DNA of 64,000 bases from Octopus sinensis. Taxonomy: Eukaryota. The stretch covers positions 4,216,001 to 4,280,000 of the forward strand of contig NC_043003.1 in assembly GCF_006345805.1 (NCBI RefSeq), given 5' to 3'. This document shows positions 63,161 through 64,000 of the stretch, piece by piece. Position numbers and translations under genes: made by a program. Every line of letters starts with the position of its first letter. Positions within the stretch are counted from its first letter, which is position 1. Under the pieces are notes generated by a model. It ran no database searches and was not told the DNA's origin. It saw nothing but the letters and a program-made list of their open reading frames with translations.

Positions 63161-64000
63161 ACATTTTAGTCTGATTTGCCCGAATTTATAGTAACGGGTC
63201 ATTGGAGCGGCTTAAATATACTATTGCACCTTTCACTTGCATTGAGTACTTCTTTTGTAGGTCATTATAGCAACGGTATTTATATAAAGGGGTGGGAGAA
63301 TGGCTGTGTTGAAATTGCAAGCTATAACTTCATCTACCTCCTTTTTGTACCCCATAAACATCGACATTCAAAAGAAAAAGAGAATTTAAAAAATAAAATG
63401 GCCGACGATTGAGGGTGAGCGGAAGTTTGTGAACGCCGCCATAAAATGAAAGCTTATCTGGAGAAATAAAAGCCTTTTAGAATTACATTCAAACTATAAG
63501 GAAATCCTATTTTAAGGAAATTATTTCATTCACGCCATCTTTTCTCACTCATACCACTACCACTGTCGCCTGCGCCACCAGCGCCATCTACATTTATTGA
63601 ATCTGTATCGTCTTTATCACGATAGTCTTTATCATTATTGCCGTTATTGGCCTTTCTGTATCTATTGGGGTGGTGGTGGTGATGACAATTGTGATTAGGA
63701 TTATGCTCGTGCTGGTGGTGGTGATGATGATGATGATGGTGGTGACGGCGGTAGAAGTTATATGAGAGAGAAAGGGTTGTGGGTAGAGTACAACGGAAGT
63801 GTGAAGTAGCCAGAGATAAAGATGCTCTTATCTTTATCAATAAAGCTACACAAAATAGTAACAACAAACGCCACATCATTATCCTCACTACTACCAGAAG
63901 TAACAACAACCACCACAACAACCAAGTATTCATACATACATATACATATATATATATGTATATATACACGTGCTTAATCTTCGCTTTCCTATAAATATCC

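Overview
Animal genomic DNA that is AT-rich and very dense in microsatellites, SINEs and transposon relics. The repeat landscape looks like an octopus/coleoid cephalopod genome (recognised from memory, not verified by search). No confident host protein-coding gene, rRNA, true tRNA or CRISPR array was found, and most ORFs in the track are artefacts of simple repeats. Supported content: (1) three non-LTR retrotransposons with readable RT: a CR1-group 3' part at 1-1376, a Tx1/L1-type at ~21611-24558, and an RTE at 58684-60040 with a 6-bp TSD; (2) a ~3-kb satellite of 20-bp units directly after the Tx1 element; (3) four ~360-400-bp non-autonomous Helitrons; (4) Tc1/mariner relics and MITEs; (5) many tRNA-headed SINEs, here labelled A-D by their heads. 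The most interesting signals: a tRNA-headed element at 60823-61176 carrying a minimal hammerhead-ribozyme motif and 81-bp inverted arms (Penelope-like layout); a SINE family whose 3' end matches the CR1-group LINE 3' end with compensatory stem changes; and SINE heads and tails that occur in shuffled combinations.
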